Shown: piece after piece, positions 63,537-64,000 of the stretch
Layout: each line of letters begins with the position of its first letter
Position numbering within the stretch: position 1 is the stretch's first letter
Assembly: GCF_023055435.1 (NCBI RefSeq)
Contig: NW_025964361.1
Coordinates: forward strand, 32,860,001-32,924,000
Direction: 5' to 3'
DNA from: Haliotis rufescens
Lineage: Eukaryota
Length of the DNA stretch: 64,000 bases
The notes under the pieces: generated by a model
Seen by the model: only the letters and a program-made list of their open reading frames with translations
Database searches by the model: none
Told to the model about the DNA's origin: nothing
Position numbers and translations under genes: made by a program

Positions 63537-64000
63537 TATGCGGCACTGTAGAATACTTGGCAACCGGTGCCCCGAATGTGTTAATCTTTTCATATTAATA
63601 TCGCGATATGAGCCATCATTGTGTAACAACCATATAAGTTCCAACAACATTGTACCATCTGCTGAAATGTAGAGAGTGGCTAGTTTATCAGGAGAGACAG
63701 AGAGATAGTGAATGCATTCTTTTCCCTAATGTCAAAATACTTGGTGGAGAAGATTAGCTGCAGCGGCTGTCGTTCTCTTCTATTCACTTTTCAAGAATGC
63801 ATTTGCTGTAGCAATGTTTGTTTATCAAATTAAGTCACTAAGATAATTTACTACACAATATGTCATCGAGCAGTATGTGTCAGTGCAGCGTCCTGATTTC
63901 TATTTTTCACTGACACAGTCACGTGAAACAGTGAGTTTATGGAAACTTATTGTTTTTATTATGTATGAATATTAATAATATAATCATGGACAGTTTATAT

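Overview
Eukaryotic (animal) genomic DNA, AT-rich and repeat-dense. The SINE and MITE complement suggests a mollusc, probably a gastropod such as abalone (inference). The main content is one complete plus-strand multi-exon gene, ARMC3 (armadillo repeats plus a C-terminal EDR1-like domain). I reconstructed it by hand as 21 phase-consistent coding exons (ATG 26087, TAA 54290, 886 aa), with a probable 5'UTR exon, an RFX X-box/CRE promoter near 24.7 kb and a polyA signal near 55.14 kb. The rest is an 8.8-kb 37-bp satellite, seven minisatellites, at least four SINE-like families, several MITEs with clear TIRs/TSDs, decayed L2/CR1 and Tc1 fragments, and two assembly gaps. Almost all ORF-track entries are repeat artefacts. 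The best second-look items are: (1) two hidden paralogous phase-2 exons in the ARMC3 linker, both ending RLSWK[ST]I[LI]KK with PP1/PKA-type motifs and a donor/stop overlap; (2) a pseudoknot-forming, non-tRNA 5' head on a retroposon family that has been amplified as a 72-bp tandem array (candidate ribozyme-like RNA); (3) three unrelated non-autonomous DNA elements with 9-bp TSDs and YR termini, one of which has tandemly amplified its own right end 12 times; (4) a possible unannotated minus-strand transcript divergent from ARMC3.
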